Source of the DNA: an uncultured Candidatus Saccharibacteria bacterium
GTDB lineage: Bacteria > Patescibacteriota > Minisyncoccia > Phycocordibacterales > UBA9973
DNA: 64,000 nt
Direction of reading: 5' to 3'
Assembly (NCBI GenBank): GCA_964354985.1
Contig: CAYHBR010000001.1
Location: forward strand, 18,407 to 82,406
Part shown: in pieces, positions 1 to 11,600 of the stretch
Numbering within the stretch: position 1 is the stretch's first letter
Layout of the letters: each line of letters opens with the position of its first letter
The notes under the pieces: model-generated
What the model was told of the DNA's origin: nothing
The model's database searches: none
The model's input: the letters and a program-made list of their open reading frames with translations, nothing else
Program-made: the position numbers and the translations under genes

Positions 1-938
1 ACTTTCTCAACTTCGATTCCCATTTCAGTTGCGATTTCTTCTGGCAGTGGGTCGCGACCGAGGTCTTGTGCTAAACGGCGGGAGACTTGTTTGTATTTAG
101 AAATAGTTTCCACCATGTGCACAGGAATACGGATTGTGCGTGACTGGTCAGCAAGCGCACGAGTTATCGACTGACGAATCCACCAAGTTGCATAAGTCGA
201 AAATTTAAAACCCTTATGGTAATCGAATTTTTCAACAGCTTTAAACAAGCCGAGGTTACCTTCTTGAATGAGGTCGAGCAAAGTTAAGTCAGGTGAACGA
301 CCAACATATTTTTTGGCGAGCGAGACGACGAGACGAAGATTCGCGCGAGCGAGCAAGTTTTTGGCTTCCTTGTCACCTTCTTCGATACGCTTCGCGAGCT
401 CGCGCTCTTCGGCTGCGACAAGCAGAGGATATTGACCAATTTCCTTCAAGTAAATCTGAATCGAGTCATAGGCTGTTGCTTCGCGACCAGTCTTTGCTGG
501 CACCAAGTCGGTAGCGTCGACATCGAGCAAGTTTCCGCCTTCAAGCACATCAATACCGGCAACAGAAAACTTATCGTAAAGTTTATCGAGAAACATAATG
601 TTGTTCTCTATGTCTGGGAAAAATTTCAAAATCTCATCATAAGTAATAAATCCGCGCTTCTTGCCTTTGAGAATCAATTCATCGGACTTCAAATCGAGGA
701 GCTTTGACCGCTTTTCAGAAGCTGAAAGTTTTTCTTGCTTTCCTGATTTTGCAATCGGATTATTGTTCGGCTTGTTAATTGTCTTTTTGATTGCTTTCTT
801 TTCTATTTTTTTAGCAACCACTTTTTTAACAATTTTTTTCACTGCCTTCTTTACAGCTGTTTTTTTCACCAATTTTTTAACCGCCTTTTTTGCTGGTTTA
901 CTTGTTGGCTTTTTTGTTTTCTTGATTGGTTTTTTCAT
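1..938 (-). CDS. rpoD: RNA polymerase primary sigma factor (5' part; runs off the window), with Lys-rich N-terminal extension
   Basis: Manual translation from ATG 938 (overlaps the dnaG stop as TAATG): [10 protein letters not shown]...[12 protein letters not shown]...[13 protein letters not shown]...[54 protein letters not shown] (regions 1.2 to 3). Missing from the ORF track. Confidence 0.96.
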   Translation of the reverse strand, partial: MKKPIKKTKKPTSKPAKKAVKKLVKKTAVKKAVKKIVKKVVAKKIEKKAIKKTINKPNNNPIAKSGKQEKLSASEKRSKLLDLKSDELILKGKKRGFITYDEILKFFPDIENNIMFLDKLYDKFSVAGIDVLEGGNLLDVDATDLVPAKTGREATAYDSIQIYLKEIGQYPLLVAAEERELAKRIEEGDKEAKNLLARANLRLVVSLAKKYVGRSPDLTLLDLIQEGNLGLFKAVEKFDYHKGFKFSTYATWWIRQSITRALADQSRTIRIPVHMVETISKYKQVSRRLAQDLGRDPLPEEIATEMGIEVEK

Positions 939-2701
939 TATAGCTCCGTCGTTTGACGATTATTTTTAATCTGATAAATTCTCTCTCCTAGATTTTTTAG
1001 TTCAGAATACAGTACTTTGGCTTTTACCTCATCTTTATTTTGTTCTGCTTCTCTCATTTTTTTTAGTACACCTGATAATAATTCTTCATTATGAGCAAGT
1101 AACAATGTTGAGATAAGTTCAGAGGCAATAATATCGAGCTTTTCACTTTCACTATAATAGAGTTCGGCTTCTAGCGCGAGCGAAGAAATCCTGTCTTCTG
1201 AAAGTTTACTTGAGAATTCTTCGAACGAAGTGTTCATTGCTTCAGCAAACTCTGTCTTAATATTATTTAAATCTACTTTAGAGTGAAATACTTTTTCAAA
1301 TCCGACTATTCTCTCAGCGGCTTCTTCTTTGGCGGTTCTTGATTTTGGTGGTGACGTTTCTTTTGATAATTCTGATGAACCATCTCGCATTGCTTGGGTG
1401 TTTACTTGAATTATTTTTTTCAAGTCTTCTCTCACAGAAGTTTCTGGAATATCGAAAACCTCACTGACTCTTTTTATATAATATGACTGATCCATATTTC
1501 CAGAAAGAACTGCGACAAGTGGTAACACTTCTTCTTTGGATCTTTTTATCTGACCCCGACCAGGCTCAGCCGTGCGTTTTATTGAACTTATTAAATAATC
1601 AATAACAGGTTCGGCTTTCGCAAGAGCTTTTTTCCAGATTTCTGGATCGTCTTTTATGACATCGGCGGGATCTTTTGCGGTTTTAGAATCAGCTAATTCG
1701 GTAGTAATTGTAATCGCCTTAGCTTCTATTCCGATTTCAAAAGAAAGTGTCGCAGCTTTTCGTAATGCTGACTGCCCTGCTTTGTCATTGTCAAAACAAA
1801 AAATAACATTATCTGTGAATCGTTTCAGCAATCTCAAATGTTCTTCTGTTAGTGCTGTACCGGAAACTGCAACTACGTTTTGATTGCCCGCCTGGTGAAC
1901 CATTATTGTGTCCATCTGACCTTCAACAACTATAACTTTTCCTTCTTTCAAGATTGCAGATTTTGCTAAATCAAGACCAAAGAGAACTGATGATTTGTGG
2001 AAAAGTGGAGTTTCTGGAGAATTAACATATTTTCCCATTTGATCATCACCACCCGGTAAAACGCGGCCAGTGAAGGCAATTGGTTTTCCTTGCGTAGAAG
2101 ATATCGGGAACATAATGCGATTTCGAAAACGGTCATACGAATTATTATTCTGAGTATTATTTTTTCCGGGTATGGCTAGTCCTGCTTTTTCAAGCAAGCT
2201 ATCTTTCCAGCCTTTTTGACGAAGATAGTTTGTAAGATTTGACCAACCATCAGGAGCAAAGCCAATGCGAAATGTTTTTGCCGTTTCGCCGGTTATACCG
2301 CGTGATTTTAAATAATCGATTGCAATTTTTGACTTACGGAGCTCCCCTTCGTAAAATTTTGTAGAAGCTTCGAGTACATCGTAGAGCATAGATTTCTCTC
2401 CGCCGTCGCGTTTGGCGCTGTTATCGAGGGTTAAGCCGGCGCGCTCGGCTAAAAGCCGTAGCGCGCCGGGAAAGTCTAACCCCTCTATCTCCTGCACAAA
2501 ACTAAATATATCCCCGCCTTTCGCGCAACCAAAACAATGATAAGTATTCCTCGTTGGAGAAAGCATAAACGAAGGCGTTCGCTCGCTGTGAAAAGGACAT
2601 TTGGCTTTGTAATATATTCCAGATCTTTCAAGTTTGACGTACGAAGAAACCACATCAACAATGGAGAGCTTCTCTTTAATTTGATCAAGTGGAGTGCTCA
2701 T
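938..2701 (-). CDS. dnaG: DNA primase
   Basis: [11 protein letters not shown]...CFGC zinc finger, [31 protein letters not shown] and FDND. Confidence 0.97.
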   Translation of the reverse strand: MSTPLDQIKEKLSIVDVVSSYVKLERSGIYYKAKCPFHSERTPSFMLSPTRNTYHCFGCAKGGDIFSFVQEIEGLDFPGALRLLAERAGLTLDNSAKRDGGEKSMLYDVLEASTKFYEGELRKSKIAIDYLKSRGITGETAKTFRIGFAPDGWSNLTNYLRQKGWKDSLLEKAGLAIPGKNNTQNNNSYDRFRNRIMFPISSTQGKPIAFTGRVLPGGDDQMGKYVNSPETPLFHKSSVLFGLDLAKSAILKEGKVIVVEGQMDTIMVHQAGNQNVVAVSGTALTEEHLRLLKRFTDNVIFCFDNDKAGQSALRKAATLSFEIGIEAKAITITTELADSKTAKDPADVIKDDPEIWKKALAKAEPVIDYLISSIKRTAEPGRGQIKRSKEEVLPLVAVLSGNMDQSYYIKRVSEVFDIPETSVREDLKKIIQVNTQAMRDGSSELSKETSPPKSRTAKEEAAERIVGFEKVFHSKVDLNNIKTEFAEAMNTSFEEFSSKLSEDRISSLALEAELYYSESEKLDIIASELISTLLLAHNEELLSGVLKKMREAEQNKDEVKAKVLYSELKNLGERIYQIKNNRQTTEL

Positions 2702-2736
2702 ACAACTTTTTATACAGTTTTACCTGACAACTAATA

Positions 2737-5700
2737 TTATTTATTTTTTTTCTTTGCGAGTGCGTCCTGTTGAGCCTTGAAACCGGTACCAGCTGGGATA
2801 AGTCTTCCGATAATAACGTTTTCCATCAGACCACGGAGTCTGTCTTCTCCACCTTTTACGGCGTTTGCAATAAGCACACGGTTTGTATTTTGGAACGAAG
2901 CGGCGGCAAGCCAACTCTGGGTATTGAGCGAAGCTTCAGTAATACCAAGAACGATCATATCGCCTTTGGCTTCTTCAAGGCCTGCTTCTTTCATTTTGCG
3001 GTTTTCTTCAACCAACTCGATATTTTCAACAACTTCACCTGGTGAAAATGTTGTATCTCCTGGCTGTTTAATTTTTCGGCGTGAGAACATTTGGCGAATG
3101 ATTATTTCGATATGTTTTTTCGAAATCGAAGCACCCTGAAGTTCGTAAACTTTCATTATTTCGTCGATGATATATCTTTCTGCCTGATCCTTGCCTCCAA
3201 AATTAAATATATCAGTGATGTCAGCAGAACCATCTGTCAAAATTTGACCAGCAACTATTTTCTGACCAACCTTTGTGTGCAAAGTTCTGTTTGAGCCAAT
3301 TGTATATTCAATAGTATTTGATTTACCAACTTGTACATCGGAAAGTACGACAAGAATTTTTTCTTTTCCATCTACTCGAATTTCCATAACTTCTCCGTCA
3401 GTTTCAGCAACAACAGCAAGCGCACGATGAGGGCGACGTCGTTCAAAGATTTCTTCAATACGAGGCAGACCTTGTGTAATATCGACACCCGCGACACCAC
3501 CGGCGTGGAAGGTTCGAAGAGTAAGCTGAGTACCAGGCTCACCAATAGCTTGCGCTGCAATAATACCGACAGCTTCACCGAGATCTACCATATGGTTGCG
3601 ACCGAGGTCTAGACCGTAACAAAGTTTACAAAGACCATAAACAGTTTTACAAGTAAGTGGTGAACGAACCATCGCTTCTTTGACACCAATTTCCTGAATC
3701 TTAACAGCGTCTTCTTTTGTAATAAGAGTTCCGGATTTGTAAATTACTTTGCCTTCATCATCTTTAAGATCAGCAGCGAGTACGCGACCACGGATATTTT
3801 TTGAAAGCGGAATAGTGATACCGGAGATAATATCTTCGCGAGCAATTCGGCCTTCTTTTGTACCGCAGTCTTCTTCGGTAATACGCACATCTTGAGCGGC
3901 AACAACCAAACGACGAGTAAGGTAACCGGCGCGAGCAGTGTTGAGTGCTGTGTCGGCAAGACCTTTGCGAGCGCCGTGAGTAGTAATGAAGTATTCAATT
4001 GGAGATAGACCTTCTTTGTACGAAGGAACAATAGGGAAATCAATTGTGCGTCCGGCAGTGTTTACAATGAGTCCTTTCATTCCAGCCATCTGAGTTAGGT
4101 TTGACATCGAACCTCGAGCACCAGAGCGAAGCATGTCTTCGACAGAACCATTTTTCTCAAGGGTTCCTGGAAGCATTTTTTCGATTTCTATTTTTACTCC
4201 ATCCCAAATTTCAATTATCTTACGGTATCTTTCATCAACAGAAATAAGACCGTCATTGAATTGTGAGAACACTTCTTCTTCCATCTTTCTTCCCTTTTCA
4301 ATAACAGCTTTTTTGCCTTCTGGAACTTTAACATTGTCGATACCCCAAGTTATGCCGGCTTTAGTTATAAACTTGTAACCAAAGTTTTTAATTTTATCCA
4401 GAATTATTGGAGTCGCATCAATACCATAGCGATAAATAACTTCATCGATAAGTGCTGAAATACGCTTTTGGTTCATTTCTTCATTTAGAAATGGCATATC
4501 AGCTGGCAAGATTGCATTGAACAAAAGTCGTCCAACTGTTGTTTCAAACACCTTTCCGCCATAGACAGAATATTTTTCTTTTTCTGTTCCAAGAACTTTG
4601 ATTTTTGAACGGAATGAGATTTCGTTAAATTCATTAGCCATTATCGCTTGGTTTGGACTCGCATAATATTTTCCTTCATTTTTTTCACCATCAACAGACT
4701 TGGTCATCCAATAACAACCGAGCGCAATATCAAGCAATTTAACAGAAACGATAGGGTCACCATTTTGTGGCTTAAGCAAATTTTTATTTGAAGCCATCAA
4801 ATCATGAGCTTCTTTCTGAGCTTCGTCTGAAAGTGGAACATAAACAGCCATCTGGTCACCGTCGAAGTCAGCGTTGTAAGCCGAACAAACAAGTGGGTGA
4901 ACTTGGATAGCATTGCCTTCAATAAGAACTGGGTGGAAAGCCTGAATACCAAGTCGGTGAAGAGTTGGTGCACGGTTTAGCAGAACATATTTTCCTTCAA
5001 TAACTTCTTCGAGAATTGCCCAAACTTCTGGCACACCTTCTTCAATAAGTCGGTTTGCACCCTTTGTATTGTGAGCATGCTCATACTTTATGAGTTTCGC
5101 AATAACAAATGGGCGGAAAAGTTCGAGTGCCATATGTTTTGGTAAACCACATTGATCAAGTCGAAGCTGAGGACCAACAACGATAACAGATCGTCCTGAG
5201 TAGTCGACGCGTTTTCCAAGCAAGTTTTGTCGGAACAAACCTTGTTTTGATTTTAGGTTATCTGAAAGTGATTTGAGAGCACGGCGCTGAGACTGACTCA
5301 TTGCCTGACTATCACCCTGACTTGTGATCGAGTTATCAAAAAGTGCATCAACTGCTTCTTGCAGAATACGTTTTTCGTTACGCAAAATAACATCTGGTGC
5401 ACCGATTTCTTTAAGTTTTCGGAGACGATTGTTTCGGTTTATGACACGACGATAAAGATCGTTGACATCAGAAGTTGCGTGGCGTCCGCCTTCGAGAGCA
5501 ACCATTGGACGAAGTGCTGGTGGAATAACTGGGATAGCTGTCATAAACATCCACTCTGGACGTAGGTTTGCTGTGTGCATTGAGCGAACTAAACCAATTC
5601 TCTTTTGAAGTTTTTCACGTTCAACAGAACTCGCCTTCTCAACTTTTTCTTCACATTTTTCAAGCAATTTCTTAAGATCAATGTTTTTGAATAAATTGAA

Positions 5701-6354
5701 AATTGCTTCAGCTCCGATTGAGGCCTCAAAACATGTTCCGTATTTTAGACTGTAGTGGTGGTAAGAAATTTCATTCAAAACTTTACCTTCGTGAATTTCA
5801 CCGATTTCTTTTTTGATGTTTGTGAGAAGTTCTTTGAGTCGTTCCTTTGTTTCTTCGTCACTGGCTGTCTTCATCTTTGTTTTGAATTCAGTTTCGACAT
5901 CTTTTAGAACAGTCGCTTTTTCGTCTTCGTAAACTTTGGTGACGATGTAGCCCGCGAAATAAATAACCTTTTCGAGATCGGTTATTGGAATACCAGTAAG
6001 AATAGACATTCGGGATGGCACACCGCGAAGGAACCAAATGTGAGCAACAGGTGAAGCGAGTTCGATATGGCCCATGCGTTCGCGACGAACGACAGCCATT
6101 GTTATTTCAACTCCGCATTTTTCACAAATAATACCGGCGTAACGAATACGCTTGTATTTTCCGCAGTAACACTCGTAATCTTTTTCTGGACCAAACACTC
6201 GTTCGTCGAAAAGACCTCCGCGCTCAGATCGTCCGGTACGATAGTTGATTGTTTCAGGTTTCGTAACCTCGCCATAACTCCATTCACGAATTCGCTCTGG
6301 GCTAGCCATTTTGAGCGTAATGTAGTCGAAACTTGTTGTATCTAGTGTTTTCAT
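2737..6354 (-). CDS. rpoC: RNA polymerase beta' subunit
   Basis: NADFDGDQM catalytic motif, GKRVDYSGRSV, LNRAPTLHRLGIQAF. Confidence 0.99.
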   Translation of the reverse strand: MKTLDTTSFDYITLKMASPERIREWSYGEVTKPETINYRTGRSERGGLFDERVFGPEKDYECYCGKYKRIRYAGIICEKCGVEITMAVVRRERMGHIELASPVAHIWFLRGVPSRMSILTGIPITDLEKVIYFAGYIVTKVYEDEKATVLKDVETEFKTKMKTASDEETKERLKELLTNIKKEIGEIHEGKVLNEISYHHYSLKYGTCFEASIGAEAIFNLFKNIDLKKLLEKCEEKVEKASSVEREKLQKRIGLVRSMHTANLRPEWMFMTAIPVIPPALRPMVALEGGRHATSDVNDLYRRVINRNNRLRKLKEIGAPDVILRNEKRILQEAVDALFDNSITSQGDSQAMSQSQRRALKSLSDNLKSKQGLFRQNLLGKRVDYSGRSVIVVGPQLRLDQCGLPKHMALELFRPFVIAKLIKYEHAHNTKGANRLIEEGVPEVWAILEEVIEGKYVLLNRAPTLHRLGIQAFHPVLIEGNAIQVHPLVCSAYNADFDGDQMAVYVPLSDEAQKEAHDLMASNKNLLKPQNGDPIVSVKLLDIALGCYWMTKSVDGEKNEGKYYASPNQAIMANEFNEISFRSKIKVLGTEKEKYSVYGGKVFETTVGRLLFNAILPADMPFLNEEMNQKRISALIDEVIYRYGIDATPIILDKIKNFGYKFITKAGITWGIDNVKVPEGKKAVIEKGRKMEEEVFSQFNDGLISVDERYRKIIEIWDGVKIEIEKMLPGTLEKNGSVEDMLRSGARGSMSNLTQMAGMKGLIVNTAGRTIDFPIVPSYKEGLSPIEYFITTHGARKGLADTALNTARAGYLTRRLVVAAQDVRITEEDCGTKEGRIAREDIISGITIPLSKNIRGRVLAADLKDDEGKVIYKSGTLITKEDAVKIQEIGVKEAMVRSPLTCKTVYGLCKLCYGLDLGRNHMVDLGEAVGIIAAQAIGEPGTQLTLRTFHAGGVAGVDITQGLPRIEEIFERRRPHRALAVVAETDGEVMEIRVDGKEKILVVLSDVQVGKSNTIEYTIGSNRTLHTKVGQKIVAGQILTDGSADITDIFNFGGKDQAERYIIDEIMKVYELQGASISKKHIEIIIRQMFSRRKIKQPGDTTFSPGEVVENIELVEENRKMKEAGLEEAKGDMIVLGITEASLNTQSWLAAASFQNTNRVLIANAVKGGEDRLRGLMENVIIGRLIPAGTGFKAQQDALAKKKNK

Positions 6355-6389
6355 AATTATTTTAGATTGAATTTTCGCCAGCCGGCGAA

Positions 6390-9300
6390 TTAGGCTTCAT
6401 CTTCATTACTAATAACGACCGGTTTATCACTTCGGAGTTCGACATCGAGAGCAAGACCGCGTAGGTAGTTGAGCATGACCTGGAATGACGCTGGTGAATT
6501 TGGCTCTTTTATCGATTCTCCTTTTATGATTGATTTGAAGGTTTCTGTTCGACCCTTTATATCGTCCGATTTAACTGTGATCATTTCGCGAAGAGTATAG
6601 GCAGCTCCGTAACCTTCGAGTGCCCAGACTTCCATTTCTCCAAATCTCTGACCTCCACCTTGTGCTTTACCGCCGAGAGGTTGCTGAGTAATAAGAGAGT
6701 AAGGACCGATAGAACGCATGTGAATCTTGTCTTCAACCATGTGGTGCAGTTTCAAAATATACATGTATCCGATAGCAATATCTTGTTCGAAGTGTTCGCC
6801 TGTTCGTCCATCGAAAAGTTTAACTTTACCGTTTTCTGGCAAGCCAGCTTTTACAAGCTCTTCTTTGATTTCAACATCAGTTGCACCAGAAAATGGTGGG
6901 ACGATGGCCTGATAGCCAAGAGTGTGCGCGGCAATTCCAAGATGCATTTCAAGAATCTGTCCGAGGTTCATACGAGACGGAACACCAAGTGGAGTAAGGA
7001 TAATATCAATAGGAGTACCATCTGCCATGTGTGGCATATCTTCTTCGGGCAAGATTGTCGAAATAACACCTTTGTTTCCGTGGCGTCCTGCGAGTTTGTC
7101 TCCAACTGAAATATTTCTAACCTGTGCTAGCTCGATAACAACTTTTTTTATAATACCTGACTCAAGTTGGTGTCCTTGTGCACGAGAAAAAATCTTGACT
7201 GAAATAACGCGTCCGCGCTTTCCGTGTTCAAGACGAAGTGATGTGTCTTTTACGTCGCGTGCTTTTTCAGCAAAAATAGAGCGGAGGAGTCTTTCTTCTG
7301 GAGTAAGTTCTGTCTCACCTTTTGGAGTAATTTTTCCAACAAGAATATCATTTTCGCGAACTTCAGCGCCGATACGAACAATACCTTCTTCGTCGAGGTC
7401 TTTAAGTTTAGCTTCAGAAACGTTCGGAATATCACGAGTAGTTATTTCAGGTCCGAGTTTTGTATCGCGAACGGTCGAAACGAATTCTTCGATGTGAATA
7501 GATGTAAATTTACTATGTTTAACAAGTCTTTCAGAAAGAATGATAGCGTCTTCGTAGTTTGAACCATTCCAACTCATGAAAGCCACGAGTGCATTTTGAC
7601 CAATAGCTATTTGTCCACCGTCAGAAGTCGAAGTATCAGCAAGCAATTCACCTTTCTTAACTTTTTGACCAACAGAAACAACAGGACGCTGGTGATATGA
7701 AGTGAAATAGTTTGTTCGCTCGAAGTTTACGAGGGTGTATCCAACTTTTTTGCCTGACTTTGTGCCTTCAACAATAATATGTTTAGCATCAACAGCGACA
7801 ACGGTACCTTCTTCAGCTGACATAACAAGACGGCCTGTGTCTTTTGCAGCGAGTTGTTCAATACCAGTAGCAACAAGTGGAGCTTCTGGAACAATACAAG
7901 GAAGCGCCTGTTTTTGCATGTTCGAACCCATCAGTGCGCGGTTTGCGTCATCGTGTTCGAGAAATGGAATCATGCTTGTCGCAATAGAAAATGCTTGGTT
8001 AGTCGCGACATCCATGTAGTCAACTTTTTCTCGCTCAATCAAACCTGGGGAAGTTTTGACGCGGGCTTCTACTCGAGCATCTAGCAAAACTCCTTTGTCA
8101 TCATATTTAACTCCGGCATGTGCAATGTTGTAACTTTCTTCTTCAAGCGCATTCATATAGACGATTTCGCCTGTGATTTTTCCATTTTTTACTTTTACGT
8201 ACGGGGTTTCGATTATTCCAAATTCATTTACGCGAGCATAAATAGACAAGTGAAGAATAAGACCAATGTTTGGACCTTCTGGAGTGTGGATTGGGCAAAC
8301 GCGACCGTAGTGAGAAGTGTGAACGTCACGAACTTCAAGTCCGGCACGCTCGCGGGAAAGACCGCCGGGACCAAGAGCCGAAAGAGTACGTAAGTGTTCT
8401 ATTTCGTCCATGATGTTATTTTGACTCATAAACTGAGAAAGCTGGTTTGTTGTGAAAAATTCTTTAATACGAGCTTGGAGTGGGCGCTGATTTATAATCT
8501 GAATAGGAAGAGCAGCAGTAGCATCAATAGTAGACATTCTGTCTTGAACATTTCGCTTGATCTGCATCATACCTGTTCGCATTTTTTGCTGGAGAAGTTC
8601 ACCAACAAAACGAACACGGCGCTGTGCCAAGTGGTCGATATCATCAGACTTTGAACCAGGAGTAGAATTTAGAACCATTAAGTTTTCAAGAATGGTAATA
8701 AGGTCATCGGCGTTGAGGGAACGACGCTCGAGGGATTTCTCATCCATTGGTTTTAGAAAGCGCTTGTTGAAACGGAAACGTCCGACTGGAGAAAGGTCGT
8801 ATCTTGTTGTTTCAAAAAGGGAATTTATAAATTCTTTAGCATTGTCTGGGGTAGCAAGGTCGCCATCTCGAAGACGCTTGTATATTTCAATATACGAAGC
8901 ACCGAGATCTTTGGCTGGATCTTTATCGATAGATAGTTTAATTATTTTTTTGTGTTCGTCCTTTTTGAAAAGTTCAATTATTTTGTCATCAGTATGAAGA
9001 CCGAGAACACGAATAAGTGACGCAATAGAAAACTTGCGCTTTTTATCAATGCGAACATAAATAGCACCGTCAACATCAGTTTCGATTTCTATCCAAACTC
9101 CGCGAGCTGGGATAATTTTCGCACCGAAAACACGTTTGCCTTTTAGTTCAGCTTCTGTAAAGAAAACGCCAAAAGAGCGGGCGAGCTGTGGCACGATGAC
9201 ACGCTCAACTCCGTTGATAATAAATGTTCCGTGACCTGTCATAAGTGGAACATCGGAAAGGAAAATTTCCTGTTCTTTGTCTACTCCACCAGAAACTTTG

Positions 9301-9617
9301 TTTGTTAGTTTGACGCGAGCTTTAATAGGAGCCTCATAAGAGACTTTATTTTCCTTTGCAAAAGCTTCATCAGTTTTTGGCTCACCTACCGAAAAAGACT
9401 CAAACGACAATTCAAACTTTTTGCCTGAATAATCGTGAATCGGTGAGAACTCTTTGAAAACCTCTTTCATTCCTTCCTCAATAAGCCATTGGTATGACGC
9501 TATTTGCGTATCCAAAAGATTAGGGAATTCGACGAACGGCTTTTTGTATTTCGAAAAATACTTCTTCTCACGCATACCCACTTGCCCTAGCGCAAAACCT
9601 TTTTTTATTTTCTCCAT
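6390..9617 (-). CDS. rpoB: RNA polymerase beta subunit
   Basis: GDKLAGRHGNKG, GQRFGEMEVWALE, HYGRVCPIHTPEG; start uncertain (9617 or 9576). Confidence 0.99.
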   Translation of the reverse strand: MEKIKKGFALGQVGMREKKYFSKYKKPFVEFPNLLDTQIASYQWLIEEGMKEVFKEFSPIHDYSGKKFELSFESFSVGEPKTDEAFAKENKVSYEAPIKARVKLTNKVSGGVDKEQEIFLSDVPLMTGHGTFIINGVERVIVPQLARSFGVFFTEAELKGKRVFGAKIIPARGVWIEIETDVDGAIYVRIDKKRKFSIASLIRVLGLHTDDKIIELFKKDEHKKIIKLSIDKDPAKDLGASYIEIYKRLRDGDLATPDNAKEFINSLFETTRYDLSPVGRFRFNKRFLKPMDEKSLERRSLNADDLITILENLMVLNSTPGSKSDDIDHLAQRRVRFVGELLQQKMRTGMMQIKRNVQDRMSTIDATAALPIQIINQRPLQARIKEFFTTNQLSQFMSQNNIMDEIEHLRTLSALGPGGLSRERAGLEVRDVHTSHYGRVCPIHTPEGPNIGLILHLSIYARVNEFGIIETPYVKVKNGKITGEIVYMNALEEESYNIAHAGVKYDDKGVLLDARVEARVKTSPGLIEREKVDYMDVATNQAFSIATSMIPFLEHDDANRALMGSNMQKQALPCIVPEAPLVATGIEQLAAKDTGRLVMSAEEGTVVAVDAKHIIVEGTKSGKKVGYTLVNFERTNYFTSYHQRPVVSVGQKVKKGELLADTSTSDGGQIAIGQNALVAFMSWNGSNYEDAIILSERLVKHSKFTSIHIEEFVSTVRDTKLGPEITTRDIPNVSEAKLKDLDEEGIVRIGAEVRENDILVGKITPKGETELTPEERLLRSIFAEKARDVKDTSLRLEHGKRGRVISVKIFSRAQGHQLESGIIKKVVIELAQVRNISVGDKLAGRHGNKGVISTILPEEDMPHMADGTPIDIILTPLGVPSRMNLGQILEMHLGIAAHTLGYQAIVPPFSGATDVEIKEELVKAGLPENGKVKLFDGRTGEHFEQDIAIGYMYILKLHHMVEDKIHMRSIGPYSLITQQPLGGKAQGGGQRFGEMEVWALEGYGAAYTLREMITVKSDDIKGRTETFKSIIKGESIKEPNSPASFQVMLNYLRGLALDVELRSDKPVVISNEDEA

Positions 9618-9832
9618 TAAAAAATGCAAAAACGAGACGGCAAAAACGGCGACAAAACTTACGTCACCTTATTTTTCGGCTTATTTTCTTACTAATATTA
9701 AAATTTGCATAATACCTCTCCCTTGGTATTAGCTAGTAATGCTCCGCTTACGCGAAGTTGGTCGATTGAGGCCCCCATAACACAATCGTCAATCAGGCCC
9801 ATAGTATACACCCGAAAAAAGCTGTGTCAATA

Positions 9833-9858
9833 AAAAAACGGCCGAAATGACCGTTTTT
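9833..9858. terminator. Probable intrinsic terminator
   Basis: aaaaacggcc-gaaa-tgaccgttttt imperfect inverted repeat with A/T tails. Confidence 0.5.
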
Positions 9859-9905
9859 GAAAATTCACAGATACGCAACTCGGGCACTTCTTCGAAAACT
9901 GCACA

Positions 9906-10247
9906 TTACCGATGTCTTTCTGTATGCCTTTTGGTTAAATTCACTATATCCTGCCTGATTACATTTGAGGCAGTTTTAACCATAAATTTCGGGCAGTATC
10001 CTTTAACCACAACTCTACTAGAGTGAATAATTACTTCTCCTTTGATTTTAAAATTGAATATTTCAAAACTAAAAATTGCCTGATAATTTCTCCAAGGAGA
10101 AAATTGGGCTTTATCTATTTTCTCTCCGTGCTCTGCCCGGAGTCTTGTTATCCTATCTGCTATTCTGAGCCAGACGGTGTTTTGTGAAATTTCAGTGAAA
10201 GGCACTTCCACCACTATTTCAGCCATTGATGAATCCTTGTTTTCCAT
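9906..10247 (-). CDS. Hypothetical protein
   Basis: 113-aa ORF with a GGAGG Shine-Dalgarno directly upstream; no family assigned. Confidence 0.65.
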   Translation of the reverse strand: MENKDSSMAEIVVEVPFTEISQNTVWLRIADRITRLRAEHGEKIDKAQFSPWRNYQAIFSFEIFNFKIKGEVIIHSSRVVVKGYCPKFMVKTASNVIRQDIVNLTKRHTERHR

Positions 10248-10273
10248 TTTGACCTCCTTTTTCTATATTGTAC

Positions 10274-11053
10274 CTATTTTATATTTTTTGTCAATTTCCA
10301 CTTTTCTATTTCTTTGTGGTCACCCGATAGTAGAACCTTGGGAACTTTGTGCTTTTTGCCTTTCCATTCGAGTATTTCAGGGCGAGTGTAAAATTCGCTC
10401 GCTGAAATGCGTTCTTCTTCGAGTGATTCAAATTTTCCGAGCACTCCTTCTATTTGGCGAGAGATTGAATCTATTAAAATCATAGCTGGCAATTCCCCTC
10501 CTGTCAGAACATAGTCACCGACAGAAATATCTGCGTAATTTTTCACACCAACTTCTTTTTTAAGGATTGCGGCAACGCGCGCATCGATGCCTTCGTAGCG
10601 ACCAGAGATCATGATGATGTCAGTGTATTTCTGCGTCGAGTTTTTGGTTGAGTTTTTGGTTGAGTTTTTAGTAAAGTTTTTTACAAAATCTTTCGCCATA
10701 GCGGTGTCGAACTTTTTACCACTTGGTGAGAAATTTATAATTTTTATTTTAGGTTCTATTTTTTTTGAGGAGTTTTTATTTTTACTTGAAATTTTCTTTA
10801 TCGCAGCTTCAACTGCTTTTAGTACTGGTTCTGCGCGCAGGATCATTCCTGGGCCACCGCCGTATGGACGATCGTCGACAATACGCGAGACATTACCGTC
10901 AGGCCAGACCTTTTTATACTTCCCTGTTACAAATTGACGAGGATCATAAAAACTCACGCGGATCTTTTTCTCCTTAATAGCCCGCGCCAAAATAGACTCG
11001 GCTAGGTACGAGTCAAACATGTTTGGGAAAATGGTGATTATGTGAAAATGCAT
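10274..11053 (-). CDS. trmD: tRNA (guanine-N1)-methyltransferase
   Basis: MHFHIITIFP start, DDRPYGGGPGM, SGRYEGIDAR, SVGDYVLTGGELPA; rpsP-khpA-trmD context. Confidence 0.97.
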   Translation of the reverse strand: MHFHIITIFPNMFDSYLAESILARAIKEKKIRVSFYDPRQFVTGKYKKVWPDGNVSRIVDDRPYGGGPGMILRAEPVLKAVEAAIKKISSKNKNSSKKIEPKIKIINFSPSGKKFDTAMAKDFVKNFTKNSTKNSTKNSTQKYTDIIMISGRYEGIDARVAAILKKEVGVKNYADISVGDYVLTGGELPAMILIDSISRQIEGVLGKFESLEEERISASEFYTRPEILEWKGKKHKVPKVLLSGDHKEIEKWKLTKNIK

Positions 11054-11166
11054 ATACACAAGTACTTTAGCGGTTTTAAGGAGAAATGCAAACTTCGAAA
11101 AAGATAACTGCTGATAAAAAACCACCCATTCCTGGGTAGTTTTTTGAAAAAAAAATTTCGGTAAAT

Positions 11167-11493
11167 TTAGATTCCCTTCAAATCTTCCATTGCAGCATCT
11201 ATTGATGAAGCTTCTGTTGGAACTTGTTTTACTGGGCGCTCGTTTGAACCACCTTCTGGTTCGTTGATCTTGAGGTTGACGCGAGCATTGTTTTTCATAC
11301 CAATAACACGAAGCAATGTTCGGATAGCTTTGGCTGTGTGGCCATCGCGACCGATTATTTTACCCATATCGTCACGATTGACAGTAAGAGTAAGGAGAAC
11401 GCCCATTTCATCGACTGCGCGACCGATCTTTACATCGGCTGGATTATCAACTAGAGAACTGACAACATACTGTAGAAATTCTTGGTCTGACAT
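11167..11493 (-). CDS. khpA: KH-domain RNA-binding protein (KhpA family)
   Basis: DDMGKIIGRDGHTAKAIRTLL GxxG loop; follows rpsP. Confidence 0.9.
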   Translation of the reverse strand: MSDQEFLQYVVSSLVDNPADVKIGRAVDEMGVLLTLTVNRDDMGKIIGRDGHTAKAIRTLLRVIGMKNNARVNLKINEPEGGSNERPVKQVPTEASSIDAAMEDLKGI

Positions 11494-11600
11494 AAATCTT
11501 TTTGAAATGACTGATAAGAGGCAGTTTCGATGTACTGCTCTAGTTTAAATTATACCAAATGCTTTTCTTATGGCAATTGATAAACTCTAATATTTAAATA

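Noticed and set aside
661-969. Hydrophobic 102-aa plus-strand ORF
   Set aside because: Antisense shadow of the Lys-rich RpoD N-terminus (AAA read as TTT).
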